DNA from: Octopus vulgaris
Lineage: Eukaryota
Assembly: GCA_951406725.2 (NCBI GenBank)
Contig: OX597822.1
Location: 73,036,001 to 73,100,000, forward strand
Direction: 5' to 3'
Length of the DNA stretch: 64,000 bases
The notes below the pieces were generated by a model. That model saw nothing but the letters and a program-made list of their open reading frames with translations. It was not told the origin of the DNA and searched no databases. Positions 1-14,464 of this stretch are shown piece by piece; position 1 is the stretch's first letter; every line of letters starts with the position of its first letter. A program made the position numbers and the translations under genes.

Positions 1-106
1 TTATTTCCTCATGATATGAAGCAAGATTACACCTACAAGCTGTCAGTAGTGTCATGATGTGGTTTATATAACTCTTTCAAAGCAGTAACTGAAGAAACAG
101 CTATAC

Positions 107-480
107 ATGATATACCTAATCGAAAGCAAACACAAATGCCATCAATGTCAACCGGCCTCTTTACACGGCAAGGAAGATTTTGTTGCCAAAAGAATATACA
201 TTGTCAACTGTAGGAAAATCTGCCTTAAGATAAATACTGAAAAATATATTCCTAGATCAGTAAAATGCCAAACACAAATCAGTTCTTCACTGGATTTTAG
301 TATTGCTCATAAAATATGTGAGAACGGTAATAATTTGTCGAGAATTACCGTAAAATAGGCAAAATAATTGCCTATATTTTAAACTTTGCAAATATTTCGG
401 AGTTCGTATGTTACGATTTTCATGAAAAGTTAAGTTAATGTCATGCATAATCTATAAAGTTTAATCGTAAAACACAGAAT
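107..480 (+). pseudogene. Highly decayed Penelope-like GIY-YIG C-terminal remnant
   Basis: Translation RIYIVNCRKICLKINTEKYIPRSVK...SIAHKICENG loosely resembles the PLE endonuclease pattern YIGxTxRxLxxRxxEHIP...SxIAxHL. Weak match. Confidence 0.3.
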
Positions 481-561
481 GCATCAGACTTTTCTAAACT
501 TCAGCATATACTTACGTTTTTTACATTTGACGAATATTCGTCCTCATCTTGTTTGTTGCTA

Positions 562-605
562 ACACAACGTTTCGGCTGATATACCATCCAGCCTTCATCA
601 GGTGT
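562..605 (-). ncRNA. Minimal type-I hammerhead ribozyme motif
   Basis: Minus strand reads ACAC-CTGATGA-A-GGCTG gatggtatat CAGCC-GAAA-CG-TT-GTGT: stem I, intact core, 5-bp stem II and palindromic ACGT stem III. Confidence 0.8.
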
Positions 606-786
606 CTTGGGGAAATTTCGAACCTGGGTTCTCATACCAAAGGTATTTTTCGATATTATTAATATTAGGTCACTGCCTGGAATCGAACTCGGAAACCACT
701 ACACCATATGCCCGTGGGCGTATGTCGTAGTGGTTAAGAGCGCAGGCTACTAACCGCAAGACTCCGAGTTCTATTCCAGGCAGTGA

Positions 787-839
<53 letters not shown>

Positions 840-889
840 TCGAAAAGTACCTTAGGAATGAGAAGCCATATTCAAAATTTCCACCCAAG

Positions 890-933
890 ACACCTGGTGA
901 AGGCTGGGTGGTATATCAGCCGAAATGTTGTGT
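890..933 (+). ncRNA. Degraded hammerhead motif (mirror copy)
   Basis: ACAC-CTGGTGA-AGGCTG..CAGCC-GAAA-TG-TT-GTGT. The core A6 is changed to G and there is CpG decay in stem III. Confidence 0.65.
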
Positions 934-1449
934 TAACAACAAACAAGATGAGGACAAATATCCTTCAAATGTAAATAGTGTAAGTAATGTACATAATTCC
1001 TCATCTCTTAAATATAGAACTGTTTCGGCATATGTATCATTTAATGCACACTGTACTAAAATAAGAGCTATATATATTTTCTTACAACTCAAGCAAATAT
1101 CTATAGCGTTTCTTGTGTCTCCGAGCAATCTCTACACTCTGGGCACATGGTTCGTTCTATTTGAAAGACAAGACGCTGGTACATGAGAAACCACGAATAA
1201 AACAACGAGGAGATTGCTGCAAAAAGGAGGGTGAGGAGACAAAGGATGAATAAAAACGGAAAAAGGAAAGGAAGAAGAGAAAATTAGATTTACGTCTCTT
1301 CTGACCTCAGAAACCAATTCTTTCCGTTTTCATTAATAATACATAAATGTACTTTTATCAAAGATGACTTATCCATCAACTACCATCATGTTAGTTGGTG
1401 AATAGATTATCTTCTAGTTTTACATTGCCAGTTTATATGTGTTTGAAAT

Positions 1450-1530
1450 TTTACCTGAGGATGATGCATTTTTGCTATGATGTAATCTAAGAAAGCATCA
1501 ATAAAATGCTATCGAAACAGTTGTAGTAAA
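1450..1530 (+). ncRNA. Minimal type-I hammerhead motif in a Penelope-type tail
   Basis: TTTAC-CTGAGGA-t-GATGCATTTT...AAAATGC-t-ATC-GAAA-CAGTTG-TA-GTAAA. Stems I and II pair, stem III is a near-palindrome (ACAGYTGT), and the cleavage triplet is GUA. Confidence 0.75.
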
Positions 1531-2039
1531 TTCGTGCCTTTTTGCATATATACGCGTAAACTGGAAATAACTCTTAGTCGGATCTTACGCCTTATATTGG
1601 ATTCAGTGCCCATTCATACATGCATGAATACAATACCAACAAATGACACCTGTTGGTTGTTTTCCTTAGATGTGATCACAATGTTATGATACCGAGCCTG
1701 TCTGGCGTCCTAGTTCTTCATACGATTAAATTCTAAATAATCCTGCAAATGCTTTATGTATGTATGTATGTATGTATGTATGTATGTATGTATGTATGTA
1801 TGTATGTATGTATCTATCTATCTATCTATATATATATATATATATCAGTATTCAGTATCTATGTATCAGTGTATCAGTATATCAGTATGCAGTATTCACC
1901 TTAACAGATCCTTTCATACAGACATACTGCGCTATAGACATACATATTGGTTACAGACGAGGATTGTCTCACACAGGAGGCGTAACTACTAGATCACATG
2001 CTTTCAGCGTACGTGCACTTCATCAGTAGCAGGTATCCT

Positions 2040-3070
2040 CTCGACGCATATGCCCTCAAATGCCCGAATAGCCACTCTGGCCAGCTATGCAGACGATACG
2101 AAAGTCTCGCAGAAAATACAGAACCCCAGCGATGTTGCACACCTGCAGCATGAGTTGGACTCAATCTACAGATGGGCTGAGGATAATAATATGCAGTTTA
2201 ATGCTGAAAAATTCCAGGCCCTGCGCTACCAGCATCCAAAACTGAATATTAAACTTACAGGATACACCGGTCCACAGGGAATTTCAATCCCAGAGCCTAA
2301 GTCTGTGAGGGACCTGGGTATCGACATGAGTAATAATACCTCTTTCCAAGTGCACATTACCAGGATGGCGACAAAGTGCAGACGACTGGCTGGGTGGATC
2401 CTAAGAACATTCATAATCAGAGATAAGGAAACGATGATGGTCCTCTGGCGGACATTCGTTCTCAGCCGCCTGGATTACTGCTCACAGCTATGGTCACCCA
2501 CCGGTGTTAAATTAACAGCAGACCTTGAAGCAATCCAGAGAAGATTCACAAAAAAGATCGTCTCTTTGCAACAACTCAGCTACTGGGAAAGGTTGAAACA
2601 GCTAAGACTCTACTCCCTGGAGAGAAGACGGGAGAGGTATGCAGTAATATATGTCTGGAAGATCATGGAAGGAATTGTGCCAAATTTTGGCATTGTAAGC
2701 TACACCAATGCTAGAACGGGACGACACTGCATAGTGCCAAAGATCCCAGCAATGCCATCACGCTTCAGGACCAGCTTCTGCAACAGCCTGGGTTTCAAGG
2801 GCCCACAGCTTTTTAATATTCTCCCAAAGAGTCTGAGGAACTTGCGCAAAGTAGATGTAGCGGTTTTTAAATCAAAGCTGGACATCTTCCTGTCGAGAGT
2901 CCCAGATGAACCTACCTCACGGCAAGAGGTGCAAATGAGAGTAGCTATATCAAACTCCATTCTTCACCAAGTGCCACATATTAGACGAGGTTCTTCGCAA
3001 TAACAGTGTAGCACAAAACGGCGGTGCATCAGCATGGCCGCAGCTCTGAGCTGAAACTAGAGAGAAAAAA
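2040..3070 (+). mobile_element. 5'-truncated CR1-group LINE (young; ORF uninterrupted)
   Basis: RT C-terminal ORF followed by a short 3' UTR ending ggcggtgcatcagcatggccgcagctctgagctgaaactag and an A-rich tail. Confidence 0.9.
2050..3003 (+). CDS. Partial non-LTR reverse transcriptase (ORF2 C-terminal part)
   Basis: YADD catalytic motif, WAEDNNMQFNAEKF, VRDLGI, RLDYCSQLWSP, LEAIQRRFTK and SYWERLKQLRLYSLERRR are typical CR1-group ORF2 motifs. Confidence 0.9.
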   Translation: MPSNARIATLASYADDTKVSQKIQNPSDVAHLQHELDSIYRWAEDNNMQFNAEKFQALRYQHPKLNIKLTGYTGPQGISIPEPKSVRDLGIDMSNNTSFQVHITRMATKCRRLAGWILRTFIIRDKETMMVLWRTFVLSRLDYCSQLWSPTGVKLTADLEAIQRRFTKKIVSLQQLSYWERLKQLRLYSLERRRERYAVIYVWKIMEGIVPNFGIVSYTNARTGRHCIVPKIPAMPSRFRTSFCNSLGFKGPQLFNILPKSLRNLRKVDVAVFKSKLDIFLSRVPDEPTSRQEVQMRVAISNSILHQVPHIRRGSSQ

Positions 3071-3148
3071 TATATATATATACGTGTGTGTATATATATA
3101 CATACATATATATACATATATATATGTGTGTGTATATATATATATATA

Positions 3149-3179
<31 letters not shown>

Positions 3180-3185
3180 GTGTGT

Positions 3186-3363
3186 GCCGGGCGATTCGTA
3201 CATTTCGTCGTCGTTACGTTCCGAGTTCAAATTCCGCCGAGTCGACTTGCCTTTCATCCTTTCGGGTCGATAAATTAAGTACCAGTTACGCACTGGGGTC
3301 GATGTATTAATCCCTTTGTCTGTCCTTGTTTGTCCCCTCTGTGTTTAGCCCTTGGTAGTAAAG

Positions 3364-3364
<1 letters not shown>
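3186..3364 (+). mobile_element. SINE family A (tRNA-derived), 5'-truncated
   Basis: gagttcaaattccgccgag...gcctttcatcctttcgggtcgataaattaagtaccag, shared with more than 15 copies in the window. Confidence 0.85.
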
Positions 3365-3407
<43 letters not shown>

Positions 3408-3949
3408 TATATATATATATATGTATATATATATATTTATATATGTATATATATATGTATGCATATATATATATGTGTGTGTGTGTGTATACATATATAC
3501 ATACATATATATATATATATGTACATATATATTTATATGTACACACACAGTTACACTCACACATACACACACACACAGAGATACCAGCATGCAGAATGAT
3601 GTAGAACAACGACTTCTACATACATTTAAACATGTGTAGTGAAAGTGATAGGGAATAAACGTGAATATGATGTAGAAGGAAAAATACAGAAGACTAGAAG
3701 CTATTCTGCAATTTACTTATTCATCTGAGCACAAGCTCTATGTTACATTATAATTAAATTGTTTATGTAAGGCGGGACAAAAGGTTTTCGTTTTCATAAA
3801 ATGATTAATTATAAATCAGTATTTAATATACGCCTTAATTATCAACTATTAACGAATTAACCGAGAGTAATATTGATTGATTTTATTCGAAAAAAGGCTA
3901 TAATTTGCATCGACGATAGAATATATGCCCATGTATATGTATATATGTG

Positions 3950-4151
<202 letters not shown>

Positions 4152-4766
4152 CCGTGGCACTCCGTCGGTTACATAATTAAGCAGAGTTATTTGCATACGA
4201 ATATATATATGAAAATATGTACCTCTAAAGTTCTACATGCTATATATTTTCACGTTCACCTATACAGTAAATATGTATGCATAAATATCATCATCAGATG
4301 TGCCTTTCCACAAAGAGAAGGCCAAGCAACGACCAAGGATAGAACTGACTATCATGATCACAAGTCGAACAGTTTAAACATTAAACCATACCTACCTACC
4401 TACATATCTATTTATCTATCTATCTATATGTATGTATGTACGTATGTATGTATGTATGTATGTATGTATGTATGTATGTATGTATATACATCATGCAGTT
4501 TCCATTTACTAAATCCCATACCAGATCCAGATATTGATCGGCTGGGTTCAAGGCAGAAAACATTTGCTTAAGTTGCTGCACAAAATCCAAGTCACCATAT
4601 GGATGCGAACTGTCGAACTTCAGTTTACTGTATTGACGCTGTAACCAACTGAGCTATGCAAGCATATATACGTGTGTGTATGTATGTAATTATGTATGTT
4701 TGTATGCGTACATGTATATATCTATAAATATATATGAACGTGAGTGTATTTATTCAAGTATATATA

Positions 4767-4956
4767 CGAGGGGGTGCTGAAAAGTTCCTGGCTTTGGGTA
4801 AAAGAAAATACAAGAGGATCAGTTAATTAGGATTTTATTCAACACATTCCTCTCTCAGATTCAAACACTTATTGGAGCGGTCCTTCAGCTTTTCCTAAAC
4901 CCAGTAAAAGAACTCGGAATGTTGTGCCTCCAACTAGGCCTTTAGCAATACCCTTA
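4767..4956 (-). mobile_element. Mariner 3'-end fragment
   Basis: TA-flanked TIR cgagggggtgctgaaaagttcctggc. The minus strand encodes KLKDRSNKCLNLRxECVE*, the typical mariner C-terminus. Confidence 0.75.
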
Positions 4957-5674
4957 GATGTGAGTGTGTTTTATTGTGTGTGTATATATGTGTAAACGTA
5001 TATATTATTTTAGGTTTAATTCCTGTCCTAAATCTTAGAGCTTTTACCATTGTTTCCCCCTATGCTTATATATTGTATATATTTTTAAAGTTATTAACGA
5101 CGCATTGATAACAGAAGTGCATGTTTATTTTCACTTCGTTTTCAGTATTGTAACAATTGCTTTGCTTAAATCAGATTGTTTTGCCGTTTGTTATGGAAAC
5201 CTTTCAATTTAAAAGTTAAGTGAAAATTTTAATTATCATTCCAGAAATTAAAATCTAAAATTTGGATCAATCCTTGAACGTCGAAAATATTCATAATATA
5301 TGAAAAATATATTTCTAAAGAAGTAATTTAGAGTGTGTTCTGCTACACTATCAAAGAAGTGAAATAAAAGTAAAATGAAAGAAAATGATGAGGTGTTGTT
5401 TCTGTGTGCGTGGAAGAGGGTAAGAAAATTACGAATCGGAAAATAATTTCTTTGACAAACATATAAACAAGAGTCATGCACTCTTGTTCAAGGTGCTTTT
5501 AACTGTTGAGACAGAATGATGTCGAAACAGCAGGTGTACCAGAGTCCCCTTACACTTATGAATCAGGTGTGTTATGAAACACATATTTATCTTAAAGAAG
5601 TTGTACTATCATGACGAAATATAGCAGAGATTAGAATAGTCATGTTCGAATCTGCCGAAACATATGAATAAATA

Positions 5675-5885
5675 TCGCGTGATCATGTGATCGACCAGAC
5701 AATCAGATATTGTCATGCATCACTGGTCACAATGCGCTGTGTATCATTTAAGTTTTTGAATGATACTACCCCACTGGTTTGGCGAGCAGGCCAATATTCC
5801 CCGTCATCAGAAGGCTAGTCTGTCGCAGGGTTAGTTATTTACAGCCGAGTGGACTGAAGCAACGGGAAATGAAGGGCTATGCACA
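5675..5885 (-). mobile_element. Old SINE remnant (CORE-like)
   Basis: tacagccgagtggactgaagcaacgggaaatgaag resembles the conserved central segment of SINE family D. Confidence 0.5.
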
Positions 5886-6000
5886 ATCTGCGTGCCGTGT
5901 AGACCGTAGGAATACTTTCATTTATATGTACGTTTGGGTTTAGAAACGGTATGGAAATAAAACGCACTGTTTAGAAAGAAACAGCGATTTTTTATTACAT

Positions 6001-6339
6001 TGACCCCGAAAGGATGAAAGGCAAAGTCGACCTCGGCGGAATTTGAACTCAGAACACAGCGGCGGACGAAATATCACAAAGCATTTCGCCCGGCGTGCAA
6101 ACGTTTCTTATTTCTTTATTGCCCACAAGGGGCTAAACATAGAGGAGACAAACAAGGACAGACAAAGGGATTAAGTCGATAACATCGACTCCAGTGCGTA
6201 ACTGGTACTTAATTTATCGACCCCGAAAGGATGAAAGGCAAAGTCGAGCTCAGCGGAATTTGAACTCAGAACGCAGCGGCGGACGAAATACCACAAAGCA
6301 TTTCGCCCTGCGTGCTAACGTTTTGTGCCAGCTCGCCGC
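6001..6339 (-). mobile_element. SINE family A tandem dimer
   Basis: Two consecutive copies of ccccgaaaggatgaaaggcaaagtcgacctcggcggaatttgaactcagaac. Confidence 0.9.
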
Positions 6340-6629
6340 ATTATTATCGGTTTAGAAAGAAACGCAACAAACTACTCATAAACTTCGTCATAAATTTCAT
6401 TTTACCGTTCCCTTCTTCAAAACGACTCCATTCATATACATAAATTCGTGTATGAATACATAAATATATCATTCATATTTTTATCCGATTGTGTGTATAT
6501 TTACATATATATACATATATACAACTGATTATTGCGATGTGTAGATTATTATTGAATTTCTTGCAATGATAATGCAGTTTATGTGACAGCATAATCTTGC
6601 TTTTTTTTAATATTTTTCTCGCTTTTCCT

Positions 6630-7955
<1,326 letters not shown>

Positions 7956-8529
7956 CATCAAATTAGCAAGCCGGCTGGTATATATTATCTGTTTACATTC
8001 CATTTTACATGTATTTATTTATATATTTAATTAAGATTTATGACTGCTCACCATATCTTAAATATGTAATAATCGCAACTACTCTGTCTTTCTCTGACCT
8101 CCCTTTCTCCTTCACTCTTGAATATTCACACACTACATACTGCACAAACAATCCTGCGCACACACACAAACACACACTCACGCACAAAACTTTGGCTCTC
8201 GGCTTGGTTCTTAAGTATATACCACGTGATTATACTGTTCGTATGTGAGAATGATAGTATCAATCCTTCAGTTAATACCAGTAATACACTGGCATCTATT
8301 TCAAAAGAAAACAATTATGACCCAAATATAGCTGAATGAATGTTATGATGGTGATACTTATTAATAACCAGAATTTTCATTTGCTGTATGTGTGTGTGTA
8401 TGTGTGTGTGTGTGAGTATATTTGTGTGTGTGTGTATTTGTGTGTGTGCACATGTGTATGAGAGAGCGAGAGAGAGAAAAAGCATGTATGAAATATAGAT
8501 TCATTTATGACTGCTTTTGGCCTACCCAA

Positions 8530-8725
8530 CATTTCTAAAAGGGTAAAGACTCCATTCGGTCATGAATGACCCTGAGATGCACCTAGAAAGTTCCTCTCCG
8601 AGGTACAAGTTCGGACAAGGTTGTTTGAGGAAGATCTCCTCTTTCCACGCCACCGATGTTATCCTGAGAAAAGCCAAGGTCGATACAGCTTGGCACCAGT
8701 GACGTCGCAACTCATTATAGCTCAG
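8530..8725 (-). mobile_element. SINE family D 3' part
   Basis: Matches 20990-21200 (gcacctagaaag...gatacagcttggcaccagtgacgtcgcaactc). Confidence 0.75.
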
Positions 8726-9269
8726 ATTGTCAGGCTCACAATCATGAGGGACTGAGTTCGATTCCGGGACCGAGCCGCGAATTTTTTTCCCACGAGAGTT
8801 CCGGACCCCAGTATTGAACTCATCTGCATACAGCCAATCAGAGCTCACTTACATCTTGTTGTCAAGTTAACAAACGCACTCTACCAAATAAACTCAAGAC
8901 AAAGAACGGTGTTGTAAATCGACCGATCGCCAAGTTATCCCTGATTTTAGGAGACAAGTAATTAGATAGATTTGCATCTATACCTATTATCGGATTTTGT
9001 TAGGGCCCCATGTGGTAAAGACGTGGATGAGAAAAATGGGAGTAGAGGGTTATGTGCTAGCAACCTTCTCCCTTACTATTTTACAAAGTAAACAACAACA
9101 CAAATAACTACGCTGAGGCAGCTATTGTTGAAACAAGAACAAGAACAACAAGCATTATTAAAAGTGAAAAGAAGCATGGTCATTCCTTACCCAAGTGACC
9201 TTATCTTATCACCCATCACTTGTTATGCGCTCATAAATTAGTTTGACAGTTGAGCTCTGGCTGTACGCA

Positions 9270-9550
9270 AAAGAAATTTCGTGACCGGGCCGTGTGTTGG
9301 GTTCTTAAGCAAGAGACTTTATTTCACGTTGCTCTAATTCACTCACCTATAGAAATGGGTTACGACGTTACTGGTGCCAAGCTGTATCGGTCTTTGCCTT
9401 TCTCATGGATAATACCAGTTGCATGGAGATTACAGGCTAGTATGCATGGGCAACTGTTTTCCATAACGATCTTACCCATACTTGTGCCTCGGAGGGTTAC
9501 TTTCTAGGTGCAACCCCATGGTAATTCATGACTGAAAGGGGTCTTTGCAC
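9270..9550 (+). mobile_element. SINE family D
   Basis: gtgttgggttcttaagcaagagactttatttcacgttgctc...ttctaggtgcaaccccatgg; reverse complement of the 20985-21325 copy. Confidence 0.8.
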
Positions 9551-10307
9551 TTCTTATCATTTGTAGTACACCCATTATTTTGAAATACAAACTCGTGATT
9601 TCGGATCCAGCTCCAATTCGTGTGCATTGGATAAGTGGTTATTGTCTTGTGTGTGAATTTGGTGAACGGAAACTGTACAAAATACCATCGTAAACGTGCG
9701 TGTGTGTGCGCCCGTATCAGTGTTCTTCTCCCCAGCCCCACCCCACTTCACAACCAGTGATGGTTTGTTTACATTCACATGACGTAAAGGCTCGGCAATA
9801 GAGATCGACTGGTATAAGATTCAGATTCAAAATGCAAGTATTGAAGCCGATATATTCGACTAAAATCATTGCCCCAGCAAGGGCGCGATAGAATGACTGG
9901 AGCAAGAGAAATCTTAATGCTGAAAGATAATATATAATTATGTATTTGTAATGCACATGTACTCAGGCACACAAAGAGACAATCATTTATATACGGAGAG
10001 ACAGAGGAAGAGTGAAAGGAAGAGGAGAGAGAGAGAGAGAGATTACTCGTATGTTTTACTTGTTTGCCAAGTGGTTTTGATCTGAAATCTTGTGTTGAGA
10101 TTATAAGTCATTGTTGATATAGTCTTTGTAGCCATTAATACCACGTATATACAGAGTTTATGCCGTTTTAATCTCTTGTGATAAAAACATTTCGGTTTCA
10201 GAGATCAAAGTCTCTCTTTCTCTCACTCTGTCTGTCTATCTATCTATCTATCATTCAGTCTATCTAACATATTGTCTGTTCATTTGTCTATTTGTCTCTA
10301 TATCTAT

Positions 10308-10372
<65 letters not shown>

Positions 10373-10461
10373 ATTCAGTCTGTCTAGCTAACATATTGTC
10401 TGTTCATTTATCTATTTTCTCTATATCTATCTATCTATCTATATATCTATCTATCTATCTA

Positions 10462-10494
<33 letters not shown>

Positions 10495-10599
10495 TTATCT
10501 ATCCATCTATCTATCCGTCCATCTATCTACCTATCTATCGTACTATTTAAACACGCACGCGTGTTCACACACAAGCATAAGTAGACATGTTTATGAATT

Positions 10600-10770
10600 T
10601 TGTCATCGTACAACAGGGAAAAACTTGTTATCAATGTCATCCATTGGTCCCAAATAATTAGCTTGTGAACCATCTCACCTAATTTCGAAGTCACCATACA
10701 TTGAATGGTATTTACCATATTTGATACCATAAATGACACACGGCTATATCGACGCAGCCTAGTTTTTGCT
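10600..10770 (-). pseudogene. Decayed GIY-YIG (Penelope-like) fragment
   Basis: Minus-strand translation VIYGIKYGKYHSMYG resembles VIYCIxCxxCxxxYVGET. Confidence 0.4.
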
Positions 10771-11834
10771 ACACATATTCAGAGGAATGCATTTTAAAAC
10801 CATTAATATTTATATGAGCCCAACTTCGGATAAAGAACCTAGAGTGATTTTTGAGACATTTTTATGAGAAAAAAATTGTATCTTATACGCCATCGAATGT
10901 CATTGCTTATGAATGATCTTACATAGGTCTTTGGGGCCATCATAGTAGCAAATAGGATTTGATTTTCTATCCGAAATGTATGTATATCAGTTGAAAAGTC
11001 AGAGACTAGTTCTTGGTCTATAATGCTAGCCAATATTATTACTTCCTTGTATTTGGCAAATGGCCACGTGTTTTGTAAGAAACGTTTATTGCTGATGGTT
11101 CGGTGCCAGTATATGTCTGATAACTTACTTTATCGATCTCTGAAGAATATAAAACAATATAAAGGCCGCTGGGGTTCGAAACCAGAACACACACAAAGAA
11201 AAACAGATAGACAGGCTGCGACAGACTGAAAGTAATAAATTTCATATACATTGTCCGATGTTTTATCGTTGTTTACGTCACAATCGCATTCAGATGGCTT
11301 TATTACATTAACAATGGCACGATACCTTTCTTGCCTTCTCTTTATTTGTTAATCTTGTTTATTTTAGTAATTGGAGTGCGGACATACTGGGGTACCACCT
11401 TGAAAGGTTTTTATTTGAGCAAATGATCTCCAGAATTTTAACGTGGAACATATGCTATCACTCTATTGCCGAATCGCTCGGTTATGGGGATGTTAACAAA
11501 CCTGCTCAAGTGCTTCTCAAGTGGTAGATCCGAACAAGTGACGATGTGAAGCTTAAAGATTCGGGTATTTGGTTCATGATCGCAAAATCGTATGTTCGAT
11601 TCCCGGTTCCGCCTTGTGTCTTTGAGCACAACACTTTATTTCACGTTGCTCCAATCCATGTAGGTGGTAAAATTGACTAGAACCTGCATTTTAAAGGGCC
11701 AGGCTTGTCACATTTTGTGCACGCTCAACCTCCATGCACTGGTCAGCCACTTCCACGTTCATTTAACGAGTGCCAGTTACCTCCAAACTCAAAATACACA
11801 CACACATACACACACACACACACACATATCTGTC

Positions 11835-12238
11835 AAAGAGTGGTTGTGTGGTAAGATGTTTGCTTCTAAACTACATACTTCCGAGTTCAGTCCCACTGCA
11901 GGGTATATTGCGCAAGTGTTCTTTCCTATTGCCCTGGGCCGACCAAAGTCTTGTGAATGGATTTCGTAGGTAGAAACTGAAAGAAACTCGACACCTACGT
12001 GAGTGGGTGTGTATGTGCGCGTGTGCGTGTCTGTGCGTGTTTGTCCCCCCGATCATCATTTGACAGTCGGCGTTGGTTTGTTTCCATCCACGTAACTTAG
12101 AGGTTCGGCTAAAGACATCGATGGAATAACTACCAGACTTTAGAAGTAAGTAGTGAGGTTGATTTATTCCACTAAAACCTTAAAGGCTGTGCTCCAGCAT
12201 GACTACCGGCCAATGGCTGAAAAATGTAAAAGAAAGAT
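11835..12238 (+). mobile_element. SINE family B, diverged
   Basis: gtggttgtgtggtaag...gttcagtcccactgc...gaccaaag...ggctgtgctccagcatg...ctgaaaaatgtaaaagaaag. Confidence 0.8.
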
Positions 12239-12515
12239 AAGCATATAGAATACGATCTCAAATTTTCGCTCAAGCCCAGAAATCTTTGCAGGAGGGTGTA
12301 AGCGATTCACATACCCACAATACTTAGCAGGTTCCTATGTTATCTAAGTAGATAGGATGAAATCGAAATCGACGACGGTGTAATTTAATCTCCGAGCGTA
12401 AAGAGTCAGAAGAAATGCAACTCAGAATTTTGCATTTTATTCGACGCACGAATGATTCTGCCAGTTTGCATCTACATACACACATCTGTCTCTCTTTTAC
12501 TCTTTTACTTGTATG

Positions 12516-12591
<76 letters not shown>

Positions 12592-12621
12592 TATATATAT
12601 ATGTATATGCATGTGTGTATG

Positions 12622-12654
<33 letters not shown>

Positions 12655-13436
12655 ACATGAGTCAGATTATGTTTAGGCAGTTTCCGTACACTGCATTCAC
12701 TCCACAGATCGGCCCCAGATTCCAGTAGAAGGCACTTATGCCAGGTGTAGCGCTACAATGAGATTGAACACGAAACCACGTGATTACAAGACATATTCAC
12801 AACACAGCTAAACCTACGCCTAGATATGTATTAAAGATATTTCAAAATGTTTAATTCTAAGAGTTGGATATTCAATAAATGTTTGTTCATTTCCCTTTAT
12901 ATAGAATATTGTACGTGAATGCTGTGTTTGAATATCATATTGAATTAGAATGTTGTATTATATTTGAATATATAATATTTGAGCATCATATTTGCATATC
13001 ACGTTGTACAATAAAGCATAACAAATACAGTATTATTACATATTATTTGTTCTATGGACAAGAGTGACAAATAATGATATGCGCCATCTTTCGCGAATAG
13101 ATGTATTCTGGAGCCAGGTTCCATCCTTCAACACACGTATCCGTCAGCAGGTTATCAACCTGATGGTTATAGAGCTGTATAGAAAGTTGTTCTTTTGCAT
13201 TTATGCTTTTGAAATGAAAGAGCCAATACCAAGATTTAATTTATTCCTAGATGGCGTTCATATTATATTTAATCATTTTTATATCGATGGGATAGAAATA
13301 TGGTCAGTTCTGATTTATTGATAGCATTTAAGCAATGCGAAAGCACACTGGTACGGGCTTTTTAACTGATTAAATAATCACTCCTATAAAAACGGCTCTG
13401 CCATGTTGAATAAAATCAAAGTAATCGATCAGACAT

Positions 13437-13540
<104 letters not shown>

Positions 13541-13793
13541 AGATGCATATGTGGGAGATGAAAATAGGAATGTGTGTATATGTCTATGCTTGTGTTTGTA
13601 TTAGATGTGTTTAAATATAGAACTCATGTATATGTTCAGAGTCGAAACAAAAGGGAAATAACAGAAAAGGCCGGGGTAATCATGTGTGATGAAATTTGGG
13701 AACGAGTGGGAAATGTATCCATAAACCGGGTGGATGATCTGAAGATGCTTCGAGCAGACGATACAAGTATCACGTGACAATATCAAGAGTATA

Positions 13794-13893
<100 letters not shown>

Positions 13894-13897
13894 ATAT

Positions 13898-14009
<112 letters not shown>

Positions 14010-14464
14010 CGTGTGTGTGTATAATGCTGGACCAAGATATGAGAGAAAATATTATTTTATTTGTTTATTACATATATTTTTTTTCTTCATCGCTATTATA
14101 AATCTTGAAAAATGTGGAAATCTATTTTCAAATCTGCAATATTCAATTCTATTTAGAAATGTCGAAAAAATATTGGGTAAGATAAAGAAAACAGAATTGG
14201 TCAATTATCGTCAGAGGCGCCTGTCAGCCTCATAAATATTATTTTCATAATTTCATTCAAACAAGCGCACCAGCTCGGGGCATAACCTCCTCAAAATTAA
14301 ACGCCGTGACAGTCTGGTCAAATCAACTTAGCTTTTGTTGCTAGAAGAAAAGCTTGTATGTCGCTAATCCACACTCTGAGTCCTTCAGAAAAAGCGACCT
14401 TAGAATTAGAAATTATTTTTCCTTAATTACAGCAATCTGTCATAGTTTGGTATGTGTGAGCTTC

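Larger units (their letters stand above)
520..1023. mobile_element. Palindromic non-autonomous element: head-to-head tRNA-like heads with hammerhead-bearing tails
   Basis: 520-713 is the reverse complement of 716-975, with centre atatgccc-gt-gggcgtat. The right arm has A-box tagtggttaag and B-box gagttctattcc, then (AAT)n, a hammerhead motif and an unpaired 3' extension of about 48 bp. Confidence 0.85.

Noticed and set aside
84-130. CTGAAGA...CGAAAG hammerhead-like words
   Set aside because: Stems I-III cannot be formed convincingly.
716-790. Possible tRNA gene (also SINE heads at 21250-21325 and 37366-37440)
   Set aside because: The acceptor stem does not close, and each head is fused to a repeated element body, so these are tRNA-derived heads rather than genes.
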